Source: the human T2T-CHM13v2.0 reference genome, Homo sapiens
Reading direction: 5' to 3' (one strand)
DNA length: 64,000 nucleotides
NCBI RefSeq assembly: GCF_009914755.1
Contig: NC_060931.1
The position numbers were made by a program, and so were the translations under genes. How positions within the stretch are numbered: the first letter of the stretch is position 1; every line of letters starts with the position of its first letter. Positions 12,248-25,970 of this stretch are shown piece after piece. Under the pieces are notes generated by a model. That model saw only the letters and a program-made list of their open reading frames with translations, ran no database searches and had not been told where the DNA came from.

Positions 12248-13960
12248 ATATCACTAAAATAGGCACTGAAAAGACTTTTTAAAAATCCAAAATCACCAAT
12301 GCCACCCCTACCCCACCACCAACCCCATGCCCCACAGTGGTGGCCTGGTGCAAATAGTGTCTCTGGATACTGGGGGAGGGAGAACACAGCAATTGTGAGG
12401 TATTGAGCTCAGAGCTGTCCTGTTAGAGCAGAAAGGAAAAGCAGACCAAATTCAGCTGATACCTGCCCATGGAGTGAGCATTTAAACCAGCCCAAACCAG
12501 AAGAGAATCATCGATCCCAGCAATATGAACTTGAGTGCCTGCAAACCTTGCCACCAAGGTCTACAGCACTCTGTTTACTCTCCAAGTAAACTTGAAAGGC
12601 AATCTAGGCCATAGGGCTACAAAACATAGGTGAGTCCTAGTGCTGAACTAGGCCCAAAGACAGTGAACTGAGGGGGCACACACCTGGTGAACTGAGACAC
12701 CAGCTGGGGAAGCCAAGGGAGGGCTGGCATCACCCCTCCTCTAACCATAGGCTCCACAGTTTGCAGCTCCAAAAGGCACCCCTTCTTTCCACCTGAGGAG
12801 AGGAAAGGAAAGAGTGGGGAGGACGCTGTCTTGCATCTAAGATACCAGCCCAAGCACAGTAGGATAGAGCACTGGTCAGAGTTGTGATGTCCCCATTCCA
12901 GGCCCTAGTTCCAAGAGGGCATTTCTAGACAGACCCTGGGCCAGAAGGGAACCTGCTGCCTTAAAAAAAAAGACCCAGTCCTGGCAGCATTCATCATCTG
13001 CTAACTGAAGAGCCCTTGGGCCCTGAATAACCAGCAGCGATACCCAGGTACAACATCAAGGGCCTTGGGTGGGCCTCTGAGACTTGCTCACTTCAGGTGA
13101 GACTCAGCACATGACCAGCTGTGGTGGCTATGGGGAAAAACTCCTTCTGCTTGAGAAATGCAGAAGGAAAACTAAAGGGCACTTTGTCTTATACCTTAAC
13201 TACCAGCATGGACACAGACGGGGAGAGCAACAAGTGGACTCTCAGGATCTCCAGTGAACAGGGCTTGATGTTTGGATGGCATTTCTGAACTTGCCCTGGG
13301 GCCAGACAACAGTCCACTGCCCTGAAGGGTAAGTCCCAGGCCAGGAAGCATGGGCCTTAAGGGAACATTGGTGGTAGTTGGCAATAATCCCACTGGCCTG
13401 GGGGTGGTGGTGGCTATCAGGTGAGGCTCCTCTCCCTTTGGAAAGAGTAGCAGGGTAGAATGGGAAGGAGTGTGTCTTTTGCTTTGAGTGCCAGCTCAGC
13501 TGCAATATAATAGAACACCAGGCAGACTTCTAAGGTTTTTTACTCTAGTCCCTGAATCCCAGACAGCACTTCTGAACCCACCAAGGGATTGGGGGACCTT
13601 GCAGCACTGAAGGGAAGGACAAAGGCCTGGCTGGCTTTACTTCCTGCTGATTGGAGAGCCCCAGGGCCTTGAGCAAACACAGGCTGGAGCCATGGAGTGG
13701 TTACAGCAGGCCTGGCTTCAGGTCTGACCCAGTGTAGTCACAGTAGTGGTAGCCACAGGGATGCTATTGTCACTCAACCTCCAACTTTAGGTGACTCAAA
13801 ACAGAGACAGAGACTCTGTATGTTTTGGGAGAAAGTAAGGGAAGAAAACAAGAATCCCTGCCTGGTAATCCAGAGAATTTTCCTGGATCTGGTACAAGAC
13901 CATCAAGGTAATACCTCTGTGAATCTGCAAGAACCAAAGCATTACTGAGCTTGAGGTGTC

Positions 13961-14116
13961 TCCTAAAACAGACACAATTTAGATCATAACATCCAAGTCC
14001 TTTCAAATATCTGAAAAGCCTTTCCAAGAAGAATGGAGCCTCCTAAAACAGATACAACTTAGATCACAACACCCAAGGGCTTTCAAATATCGGAAAAGCC
14101 TTTCCAAGAAGAATGG
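13961..14116 (+). repeat. 80-bp-period tandem duplication inside L1MA
   Basis: TCCTAAAACAGA...CCAAGAAGAATGG at 13961-14036 and 14041-14116, 7 mismatches in 76 bp. Confidence 0.9.
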
Positions 14117-17100
14117 CTACAAATAAGCGCAGACAGTGAAGACTACAATGAATACTTAGCTCTTCAATGGCCAGACACCAAAGAACATCTACTAGTATCA
14201 ACACTATTCAGGAAAACATGACCTCAACAAATAAACTAAATACCAGGGACCAATCCTGGAAAAACAGAGATATGTGACCTTTTAGAAAGGCAATTTAAAA
14301 TAGCTATGTTGAAGAAACTCAAAGAAATTCAAGATAGTACAGAGAAGCAATTCATAATTAGATATATTTAACAAAGAAATTGAAATAAAAAGAATCAAGC
14401 AGAAATCCTGGAGCTGAAAATGCAATGGCATGCTGAAGAATGCATCAGAGTCCTTTAACAGCAGAATGAATCAAGCAGAAGAAAGAATTAGTGAGCTTGA
14501 AAACACACTACTTAAAAATACATGAAGGAGACAAAAGAAAAAGGAGTAAAAAACAGTGAAGCATTCCAGAAGATCTAGAAAATAGCCTCAAAACAGCAAA
14601 TCTAACAGTTAATTGGCCTTAATGAGGAGACAGAGGAAAAGATAAGGGTAGAAAGTTTATTCAAAAGGATAATAACAGAGAATTTCCCAAACCTAGACAA
14701 AGTCATAATATCCAAGTACAAGAAGGTTACAGAACACCAAGCAGATTTAACCCAATGTAGACTACTTCAAGGCATTTAATAATCAAACTCCCTAAGGTAA
14801 AGGTTAAAGAATGGATCCAAAAAGCAGAAAGAAAAAACAAATAACATACAATGGAGTTCCAATACATCTGGCAGCAGACTTTTCAGTGGAAACCTTACAG
14901 GCCAGGAGAGAGTGGCATGACATATTTAAAGTGCTGAAGGAAAAATAAAATTTATCCTAGAATAGTATATCTGGCAAAAATATCCTTCAAACATGAAGGA
15001 GAAATAGACTTTCCCAGACACACAAAAGCTGAGGGATTTCACCAATACCTCAACTTTCATACAAGAAATGCTAAAGGGAGTACTTCAGTTAGAAAGAAAA
15101 GAAAATTAATGAGTAATAAATAATCACCTGAAGGTACAAAACTCGCAGGTAATAGTACACAGAAAAACACAGAATATTACAACACTGTAACTGTGATGTG
15201 TAAACTAGTCTTTGATGAACGAATCAAAAATAGTAACTACAGCAACGTTTCAAGACATAGTCAATACAATAAGATATAAATAGAAAAAACAGAAGTTAAA
15301 AAGCAGGGGGATTAAATTAAGGCATAGAGTTTTTATTAGTTTTCTTTTTGTTTGTTTATGCAAACAATGTTAAGTTTTTATCAGGTAAAAATATTGGATT
15401 ATAAGATAGCAATTGCAAGCCTCATGGTAACCTAAAACCGAAAAGCATACAATGGATACACAAAAAATAAAAAGCAAGAAGCTAAATCATATCATCAGAG
15501 AAAATCGCCTTCACTACTGGAAGACAGAAAGGAGAGAAAGAAGGAAGAGAAAACCAGAAAACAAATAATAAAATGGCAGGAGGAAGTCCTTACTTATAAA
15601 TAATAACATTAAGTGTAAATTGACTAAATTCTCTAATAAAAAATAGACTGAGTAGATGAAAAAACAAGACCCTCTGATCTACTGCCTATAAGAAACACAC
15701 TTCACCTATAAAGATACACATAGGCTGAAAATAAAGGGATATAAAAAGATACTTCATGCCAATGGAGAGCAAAAAAGAGTGGCAATTGCTATACTTACAT
15801 CAGACAAAATAGGTTGCAAGACAAAAACTATCAGAGAAAAAAAATGGTCACTATATAATAATAAAGGGGTCAATTCAGCAAGAGAATATGACAATTATAA
15901 ATACGTATACACCCAACATGGGAGCACTCAGATATATAAAGAAAATATTATTAGAGCTAAAGAGAGAGAGAGGCCTCAATACAATAATAGTGGGAGACTT
16001 CAACACCCCACTTTCAGCATTAGACAGATCCTCCAGACAGAAAGATCAACAAGGAAACATCAGACTTAATCTATACTACAGACCAAATGCATCTAGTAGA
16101 CATTTATAGACCATTTCATCTAAGAGCTGCAGAATACACATTATTTTCCTCAGTACAGAGATCATTCTCAAGGATAGACCATATATTAGGTCACAAAACA
16201 AGCCTTAAAACACTTTTTAAAAACTGAAATAATATTAAGCATCTTCTCTGACCACAATGGAATAAAACTAGAAATAAATAATAAGAGAAATTTTAGAAAC
16301 TATACAAATACATAGAAATTAAACAATATGCTCCTGAATGACCAGTGGGTTGTTAAAGAAATTAAGGATGAAATTGAAAATTTTCATGAAATAAATGTTA
16401 ATGGAAACACAACATACCAAAACCTATGGGATACAGCAAAATCAGTACTAAGAGAGAAATTTATAGCTATTTAAGTGCCTACATTGAAAAAAGGGGAAAA
16501 ACTTCAAATAATCTAACATTGCATCTTGCAGAACTAGAAAAGCAAGAGCAAACCAAACCCAAAATTAGTAGAAGAAATAATAAAGATCAGAGGAGAAATA
16601 AATGAATTTGAAATGATAAAAAATACAAAAGATCAATAAAACAAAAAGTTGGTTTTTTGAAGAGTTAAACAAAATTGACAAACCTTTAGCCAGACTAAGA
16701 AAGAGAGAAGATCCAAATAAAGTCAGAAATGAAAAAGGAGACATTATGACTGATACTGCAGAAATTCAAAGGATCATTAGTGATTACTATGAGCAACTAT
16801 ATGCCAATACATTGGAAAATCCAGAAGAAATGGACAAATTCCTAGATACATACAACCTACCAAGATTGAATCAGGAAGACATTCAAAAGCTGAACAGACC
16901 AATAACAAGTAACAAGATAGAAGCCTTAATAAAAACTCTCCAAGTAAAGAAAAGCCCAGGACTCAATGGCTTTGCTGCTGAATTAAACGAAACATTTGAA
17001 GAAGAAATAATACCAATCCTACTCAAACAATTCTGAAAAATAGAAGAAGAGGGAATATTTCCAAACTTATTTTACAAGGCCAGTATTACCATTATACCAA

Positions 17101-19744
17101 AACCAGACAAAAACACATCATAAAAAGAAAACTACAAGTCAATATCTCTGATGAATATTGATGCAAAAATCCTCAACAAAATACTAGCAAACTGAATTCA
17201 ACAAAAGGTTAGAAAGATCATTTATCATTACCAAGTGGGACTTATTCCTGTGATGCGAGGATGGTTCCAATATACCAAATCAATCAGCGTGATATATCAT
17301 GTTAACAGAATGAAGGATAAAAACATGAACGATCATGTTTTGATTAAACTTCAAAATTGATGCTGAAAAAGCATTTGATAAAATTCAACATCCCTTCATG
17401 ATAAGAACCCAAAAAAAACTGAGTATAGAAGGAACACACCTCAAAATAATAAAAGCCTTATACAACAGACCACAGCCAGTATCATACTGAATGGAGAAAA
17501 ACTGAAAGCCTTTCCTCTAAGATCTGGAACACAACAAGGATACCCACTCACCGCTGTTACTCAACATAGTGCTGGAAGTCCTGGCTAGAGCAATCAGACA
17601 AGATAGATACAAAGGCATCCAAATTGGAAAGAAAGAAGTTAAATTATCCTTGTTTGCTGGTGATATGATCTTATATTTGGAAAAACCTAAAGACTTCAAG
17701 AAAAAACTATTATAACCAATAAGCAAGTAAAATTTCAGGATCAACATACAAAAATCAGTAGCATTTCTATATACCAACAGTGAAAAATGTAAAAAGAAAT
17801 AAAAAAGTAATCCCGTTTACAACAGCCACACATAAAATTAAACATCTAGGAATTAACCAAAAAAGTGAAAGATCTCTATAATGAAAACTATAAAACACCT
17901 GATGAAGGAAACTGAAGAGGACATCCAAAGATGAAAAAAAAAATTCTGTGTCATGAATTGAAAGAATCAATATTATTAGAATGTCCAAACTATACAAAGC
18001 AATCTGGAGATTCAATGCAATCCCTATCAAAATGCCAACAACATTCTTCACAGAAATAGAAAAAACAACCCTAAAAATTATATGGAACCACAGAAGACCC
18101 AGGAATAGCCAAAGCTATCCTGAGCAAAAAGAGCAAAACTGGAGGAATCACATTATCTGACTTCAAATTATACTATAGAGCTATACTAACCAAAACAACA
18201 TGGTACTAGCATAAAAACAGACACATAGACCAATGAAATAGAATGGAGAACCCAGAAACAAATCCACACATCTACGGTGAATTCATTTTTGACAACAGTG
18301 CCAAGGACATACTCTGGAGAAGAGACAGTCTCTTCAATAAGTGGTTCTGGGAAAACTGGATATCCATATGCAGAAGAATGAAACCAGATCCCTATCTCTT
18401 GCCATATACAAAGATCAAATCAAAATAGATTAAAGAGTTAAATCTAATACCTCAAACTCTGAAACTATTATAAACATTGGGGAAAATCTCCAGGACACTG
18501 GTCTGGGAAAAGACTTCTTGAGCAATAACCCACAAGCACAGGCAACCAAAGAAAATACAGACAAATGGGATTGCATCAAGTTAAAAAGGTTTTGCATAGC
18601 AAAGGATACAATCAATGAAGTGAAGAGACAATCCACAAAATGGGAGAAAATATATGCAAACTACCCCCTTTGACAAGGATTAATATCCAGAATATACAAG
18701 CAGTTCAAACAACTATAGGAAAAAAAACTAATAATCTGACAAAGAAAATTGGCAAAAGATGTGAATAGACATTTCTCAAGAAGACATTCAAATGGCAAAC
18801 AGGCCTATGAAATGGTGCTCAACATCACTAATCGTCAAAGAAATGCAAATCAAAACTACAAGAGGTATCATCTCACCAGTTAAAATGGCTTATATCCAAA
18901 ACACAGGAAATAACAAGTGCTGGTGAGGATGTGGACAAAGGGGAACCCTTGTACACTGTTGATGGGAATGTAAACTAGTACAACCATTATGGTGAACAGT
19001 TTGGAGGCTTCTCAAAAAACTAAAAACAGAGCTAACATATGATCCAGCAATCTCCCTTCTTGGTACATACCCACAAGAAAGGAAATCAATATATTGAAGA
19101 GGTATCTGCATTCCTGTGTGTTGCAGCACTGCTTACAATAGCTAAGATTTAGAAGCAAACTACATGTCCATCAGCAGATGAATGGATAAAGAAAATGTGG
19201 TACATATACACAATGGAGTACTGTTCAGCCATAAAAAGGAATGAGATCCAGACATTTGCAACAACATGGCTGGAACTGGAGATCATTATGTTAAGCGAAA
19301 TAAGCAGTCATAAGAAGACAAACATTGCATGTTCTCACTTGTCTGTAGGATCTAAAAATCAAATCAATTGAACTCATGGACATAGACAGTAGAAGGATGG
19401 TTACCAGAGGCTGGGAAGTGTAGTGGGGAGTTTTAGGGGGAAGTGGGGATGATTAATGGGTACCAAAAAATAGAAAAAATGAATAAGACCTACTATTTGA
19501 TAGCACAACAGGATGACTATAGTCAATAATAACTTAATTGCATATATTAAAATAACTTAAAGAATGTAATTGGAATATTTATAACCTAAGGAATAAATGC
19601 TTTAGGGGATGGATACCCCATTCTCCATGATGTGCTTATTTCACATTAACTGCCTGTATCAAAACATCTTATCCACCCCATACATATATACACCTACTAT
19701 GTACCTAAAATTAAAAAAAAATAATATTCTTAAGAAAAATTTTT

Positions 19745-20145
19745 AAAAGACTTAAGTGTAAGACCTAAAACAATAAAAATACTAAAAGAAAATCTAGGAA
19801 ACACCACTCTGAACATAGGCACTGGCAAAGCTTTCATGAACAAGACTCCAAAAGCAATTGCAAGACAAACAAAAACAGACAAGTGGAAACTAATTAAACT
19901 AAGGAGCTCTGCATAGTAAAAGAAACTATCAACAAAGTAAACAAACAACCTACAGAATGGGAGAAAATGTTTGCAAACTATGCCTCCCATGAAGTCTAAT
20001 AACCAGAATCTATAAGGAACTTAACAAAACAAACAAAAATCAAGCAACTCCACTAAAAAATGGGCAAAAGACATGAATAGACACTTCTCAAAAGTGAAAC
20101 ATGTGGACAACAAGCATATGAAAAGATACTCAACATAACTAGTAA
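19745..20145 (+). mobile_element. Right-hand continuation of the outer L1P ORF2
   Basis: AAAGACTTAAGTGTAAGACC continues the ORF2 sequence interrupted at 3865. Confidence 0.8.
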
Positions 20146-20589
20146 GAGAGAACAAAAAAAAAGAGAGAGAAGACACAACCAACATCAGGAGTGAATGAGG
20201 ACACATCCCTATAGATTCTGAAAACCAGAAATCTGTTATCTATAAAGAGATAACACAAAATATTACAAACTACTTTATGCATATAAATACAACACATTTA
20301 AAAATCCAATGTTGGACAAATTCCTTGAAAGATACAATCTACCAAAATTCATAAAATGGTGTGTTCCTACCTCATTGAGATTATATCTATGAACTCTGAT
20401 AAAAGACTTCAGACATAATGACTTTAGGAAAGTACCTTATTCTCTTAATGCTTTTGTTTTCCCATTTATAAAATGGAGAAAGTGGCTGTAATTACTGCAA
20501 AAGGTCATTGTTAAAATTAATATGTGTAAATTGTTAGAATAATATCTGACACATAGTAATCTTATGTATTTATTATTTTTATAAAATTC

Positions 20590-20940
20590 ACTGTGCTAAG
20601 TAAAATAAGGCAGAAACTGAAATATGTGGAATCTAAAAAAGTCACACTAATACTCATACAAAAGTCACATTCACACTCCACCCTACCACAAATATAGGGT
20701 AGAATGGTGGTTACCAGGGACTGGGGGGTTGGAGACATGTGGTTCTTGGTCCAAGAGTATAAAATTTCAGTTATAAGATGAATAAGTTCAGGAGACCTAA
20801 TGTATAGAATGGTAAATACAGTTAACAATAATGTATTGTATACTTGAAATTTTATGAGAGTAAATCTCAAATGTTCTCACCACACACACACAAAATGGCA
20901 ACTATGTAAGGTAAATGATATGTTAATAGCTTGATGTAGG
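20590..20940 (+). mobile_element. L1MA-type 3' end fragment
   Basis: GCTAAGTAAAATAAG..., AGAATGGTGGTTACCAGG and TGTTCTCACCACAC are typical of L1MA 3'UTRs. Confidence 0.7.
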
Positions 20941-22942
20941 AAAGCTGAACACATGTGTGAGTACTTATACATGTTTGTGTGAATATTTAGAAAAGCAGGA
21001 AAAGTCCCCACACCAAAAAGAGTTAATTCATCAGAACAGTATTAGGGTCAGAGTGGGAGGTACAGAACTTGTTGTAATAAATGCAATTACCTTTGTAAAT
21101 AAACAATACTAAATTTTCAAGAAACAGAGAAAAAGAGAGACACCAAATATAAGACTTGCTCCCTATGTTTCATAACACATCTAAACAACTTGAGTATTTT
21201 CTCCAAAGGAATGTACAAGTAATCACATAATTACATGATTTATTTGGCTCAAATCAAGGGAAACTATCTTTGAGATATCCATAAAATGATAAGTACAGTG
21301 CAGTTTAAACTACAGTCCAAAAAGCTTCTCTGTTCTTCAAACTTTAAGACATTAGACCTCTTCCAGTCCTTTCTGAAATAAAAAGTATAGTGTTCTTAAT
21401 AAGTTTTACAACTGGTAGAGAGTGACCTATGATAAAATACTGTATTGAAAACCATAATATAATCATAAAGTTAAAATACCAGAATTCCCTGAGAACAGTT
21501 TTTATAAAGATAAAAACCAATGTAGTAACAGGATTATATCTTTACCTGGAAATAACTACATTTATCAATACCTACTTTTCTATTATAAGAGTGAGTAAAA
21601 TAAATATTGCTCCTACTTAAAGGATAAATTGAATTTCATACTATATTTTGCAATATAAACTGCAAGACCTGGCGTTGCACCTCGGAGAAGAAAAAATTTC
21701 AAATTTCAATTTCCAAATCAAATGAGCAAAAAATGACAATAAAAAATTCAATGCTTAAATGTTTCTATATTTCAACTTGCAGAGTTTCAATATAAAATGT
21801 AAAACATATTTAAAACACATGTTTCTATTACATTATGTGCTACTATTAGAGAGTGATAAAAATAAAATTTGATTGTATTTCCACTACTGGGTGCTTTTAC
21901 GCCTGGATCACTTCTCTGATTATATAAGCTGCAAAACTTATTAGGATTTCTGTTGTTGAGCCCTGCTGATCCCATGAACAAATTGCACAATCGTTCCTAC
22001 TTTGCTAGTGTAGTGAGGCAGAGGTTATGTCTGATCTTTCTATCCCCCATAAAACCTAGCACAGCGGCTTCCACCAAGTAGTCATTCACTAAATGAATGA
22101 TGAATAATTTGTCCTAAGAAAAACACAGACTGACCCAAAGAGGAGATTAATTCTTTAAAATTACCTATTTTTGTATCAACATAAATACCACAGAAACATA
22201 CAGCTGAGATCTCTTAGCTATATAAATATGAATTAAAACATATTAAAAATTAGTATTTCCTATGTTTCTTTAGCAAGTCTTTGTATAAATATATTGCTCT
22301 CCTTCATCCAAGAAAATAAAATAAGCCTGTAAGTTTCTATCCACAGGCACGATCTCAAAATAGCAATAAGATTTTTAAAAAGAAAGGAAAGAAAACATGG
22401 TAAATAGAGCAATAAAGGAAAACTTTCTCTGAGGGTATGCAAAAATGACTGAACAGATCTTCAAAATGAAAATTCATTAATCTATATTTTTTGCAAGGCA
22501 AGAAACAAAGCCAGCTAAGTTAACTGTAGTTTTTTAAAACTACAGTGTTAAAAATCAGCTTTTATCCAATCAAAAAATTAGAATAAAAGTAAAAAGTAAA
22601 ATCTGTATTTCAGGATTAAAAAACAAGAAGTTGACTAGAGGAAATACTGATCAAATCAGTCATACAAACAGTAATTTTTACGTGAAAAAAAGTAACTTTG
22701 GGGGATTATAGATGCTTTGAGAACCCCCCAAACAGTTCATTCTTAGAGTATGTCCCTGTATCAAAATAAAATATGTAAAAATGGGAACACTATCTACATT
22801 GTTAGCTCTAACTCCAAAAGGAAATCACAAGAAAAAGAATTGAGGAAATAACATAAATATGTATGAGATACAAACATTCTTTTTGTGTTGCACACAATTC
22901 AGATACATTTATTTAATTACAATAATTGAAACAAAATCCTAC

Positions 22943-23068
22943 CTGAAACAACTTTTCCTTTAGGCCCATACCATTGGAATGATGGGTCTATCAGTTCAGC
23001 ATTTCGCAGTTGTTGCGTTACACATAACACGTGTGGACTCTTTTGATGGAGCATGACATACGCTTTCA
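22943..23068 (-). CDS. ZPBP: ZPBP coding exon 3 (126 bp, start of Ig-like/Sp38 region)
   Basis: Acceptor TTGTATTTTCAG and donor CAG|GTAGGA. Translates (V)[41 protein letters not shown]. Exon 4 was not found in the window and presumably lies left of position 1. Confidence 0.95.
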
Positions 23069-24329
23069 CTGAAAATACAATATTTAAAATGTTCCAATAG
23101 TATTTTATCTTCTTTTCTTTCTCTATAATGTACACTTTTGTAGTTTGGGTTACATGCAATAATAAGAGTACTTTGAATTATTGCTCCTATTACTTGATAA
23201 AAACTAAATTTCATTGCATTCTATGTAATTAACATTAAAAATATATTATGTATTTGTATGTATATATGTGTATGCATGTATGTGTGTGTACATGTATCCC
23301 CAACCTTAGCATAATGTGTTAGTACTTTTCATTCAGAGCTCATATACACTAACCTGTTTTATTCTCAGAATATTATTTCAATAACAAAGTATTAAGATAA
23401 TACTATATCTACACTTTATCTGTTTTGTAAAGACACCAAACGTGATTAGAGCTTAAAAATTGTTTAGATTAGCAGAATAATGCATTATTCACAATGATGT
23501 AGCATGATGTACTGAATAAAAATGATAAAGTGATTAAAAAGTTAGCAAATTTATGCTTTTATTGATTTTAAATATTAAAGCATTTTGTTCCATTTGCTTT
23601 GAAATTTAAATCCTGATAAGTAAGCAAAAATAGTATCCTTTAGGAGATACAAAAGGAACCCGGTAAAGATTCCATTATTTTAAGTTTACTCATAAGTAAA
23701 CTTTTAGGAAAGGTTGCAACAACCCTTTAGACTCTGCATGCCAACTCTTCACTGATACACTGTATACAAAGATTTCTGTGATCGAGTAAAATAAAGAGAA
23801 TCAAAATTCTCTTTGACTTTTAAGAGACTTCCTCTAAAGTTTTACCATAAAGCATGATGTTTATTGAATGTACTTTTAGGTATATACCCTTCCACAGGTT
23901 AAGAAAGATCCCCTCTGTTCTTGGTTATTTGTTTTTATCATAAACATAAATCAGCACTGAATTTTAAGAAATGTTTGTTCTATATTGATTGAGGTGATTT
24001 TTTTCTTTTTGAGTACTTTAATGAAATGCTTGCATTAATAGATTGCCTAACTTCTTTAATAAATGCTTACCCCATAAATTTTCACTCCTCAGCATGATTT
24101 ACTGGCCCTACTCTCCATGATCTTTTGCATATATCTCACTATACCTCTTTTCACACCCTCTGCCCTAACCACGCCACAGCAGCACACAGCATCATTCTTT
24201 TGTGATTTTATTGATATAAATTCCTCCTCATCTTTGGAGACTCAGCATAAGTATATCCTTTGTGCTTTGGCTTGACAGTACCTCATACCATGACTGTACC
24301 CTTCCTCTCGCCCCCACTAACCCCTGTAC

Positions 24330-25700
24330 CTATTTCACAGCAAATATAAATGAATCCAGAAGAGTTTCCCAATGCAAGATCAACATACAAAAACAAATAA
24401 TATTCCTCTACACCAACAATAATGCATTAAACCATTTTATAGGAAGGAAGATAATATTTAGAGTACAATAAACAAAAGTCACTCTATAATCAAGTAAGAC
24501 CTCTGTGGGAAACATCTTCAGGCTCTAACAAAAGACATAAAATTAGACCAAAATGCCATAATCATGACTGCATACACATAACTTTAAAGATGTCAATTTA
24601 TTCCCAAATTTATTTATCAACACATAAGCAAAATCCCAGAAGAAATTATTTAAGAAGCTCTTCAATACTGATTCTAAAATCCATTTGGAAGATTAAAGCT
24701 TCATAAATATCTGAAAGAATTCTATAACAGAAAAGCAAAGAGGAGGGACTAGCAATAAGAGTTACTGAGATATATTAACATTTACACTAAATAAAAAAAG
24801 AGAGGCCTGGTGTAGGAACAAATAAGGGGTCTAGGGAAAAAATCAAATTGGCATAAATAACTGATATATATGTGGTAGACAAGGTACCTAAAATCACTGG
24901 AGAAAATATAGATTATCAATAAATTATAGTTAAAAGTTATCTCAAAATACATGCAAATGTAAACTTAGATTTATACCTCTTACCGTATATAAAAATAAAT
25001 TCCAGGTACACTGAATAACTGAAGGCAAGTAATTATTTAAAGAAAATAATACCTTTATGTCTGAACCAGTTATAGAAAATTATCTTAATGCAAAAAGCAC
25101 AAATATAAAAATACTGAACTCAACTTCTTAAATGGTAACACTTTCTGTTTGATCCTGTATAACATAGGCAAAGTTAACAAATTTGACTGTAGGGAGAGGA
25201 TATTTGCAACAAAGTTAATAATGCATTTATAACTGGAATATAAACAATATGAAAAAGAACTCCTTTGAAAACAACAAAGAAAAGAATGGGTAGAGGCAAC
25301 TTAATCTTCAGCTTACCAAAAATGGAAAAAGTTGGGTAAAATTTTGTGCTGATAAGGATGTGGGAAAATGGGACCCCCTCAAGCACCACTGAAGGAAGTG
25401 TGAACTGGTGCAGCCTTTTTGAAGAGCAAAGTTAGTGAGAATGAGAATGCTCAGGTCCTATGATGCTAAAACCTCTTCTCCTGGATAATACAGTCCCAGA
25501 AAACTTCTGAACATGTACCAAAAAAAAAAAAAAATACAAAATGGTATTTATTACATACACCAAAAAAATAGAATAAACTAAAAGTTCAACAAAATGTAAA
25601 TAAAGGCTCAGTGAATTAATTAATACATGAATTAATGAAAATGGAAAACTAACTGAACTGAAAAGAATATGTAAAAGGCGAACGAGTTAAAAAAAGGGTC
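24330..25700 (+). mobile_element. Ancient L1M ORF2/3' fragments
   Basis: Highly degenerate ORF2-like motifs (AAGATCAACATACAAAAAC, CTGATTCTAAAAT, AACTGGTGCAGCC). Confidence 0.6.
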
Positions 25701-25970
25701 ACAAATCTGAAAAGTGGCCAACACAGACAGATGCCAAGACCTTACATGACAGAAGAAATGGTGGGCACAAAAAATCATGCAGTCAGTATATTATGGGCCA
25801 AAATCAACGAAATATCATATAATAATCTACTCAGTGATATAAGAACTACCTAGTCAATTGGAATGGTAATCTATTTTAAGAATAAATTTAATATTATACA
25901 ATAAAAGAAAATGAAAGGGAAATTAGTTACCCAGATAACGTTTTATAATTCAGCTTTAAAAGTTGTCATT

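Larger units (their letters stand above)
3868..19725 (+). mobile_element. Near full-length L1MA-lineage LINE-1 (about L1MA2-3), interrupted by an ERV at 4022-12247
   Basis: 5' AGCAAGATGGCTGAATAG, long 5'UTR, ORF1 remnants (about 14200-15110), ORF2 remnants (about 15570-19270, e.g. IIVGDFNTPLS), L1MA-type 3'UTR and A-tail near 19713-19722. Confidence 0.88.
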
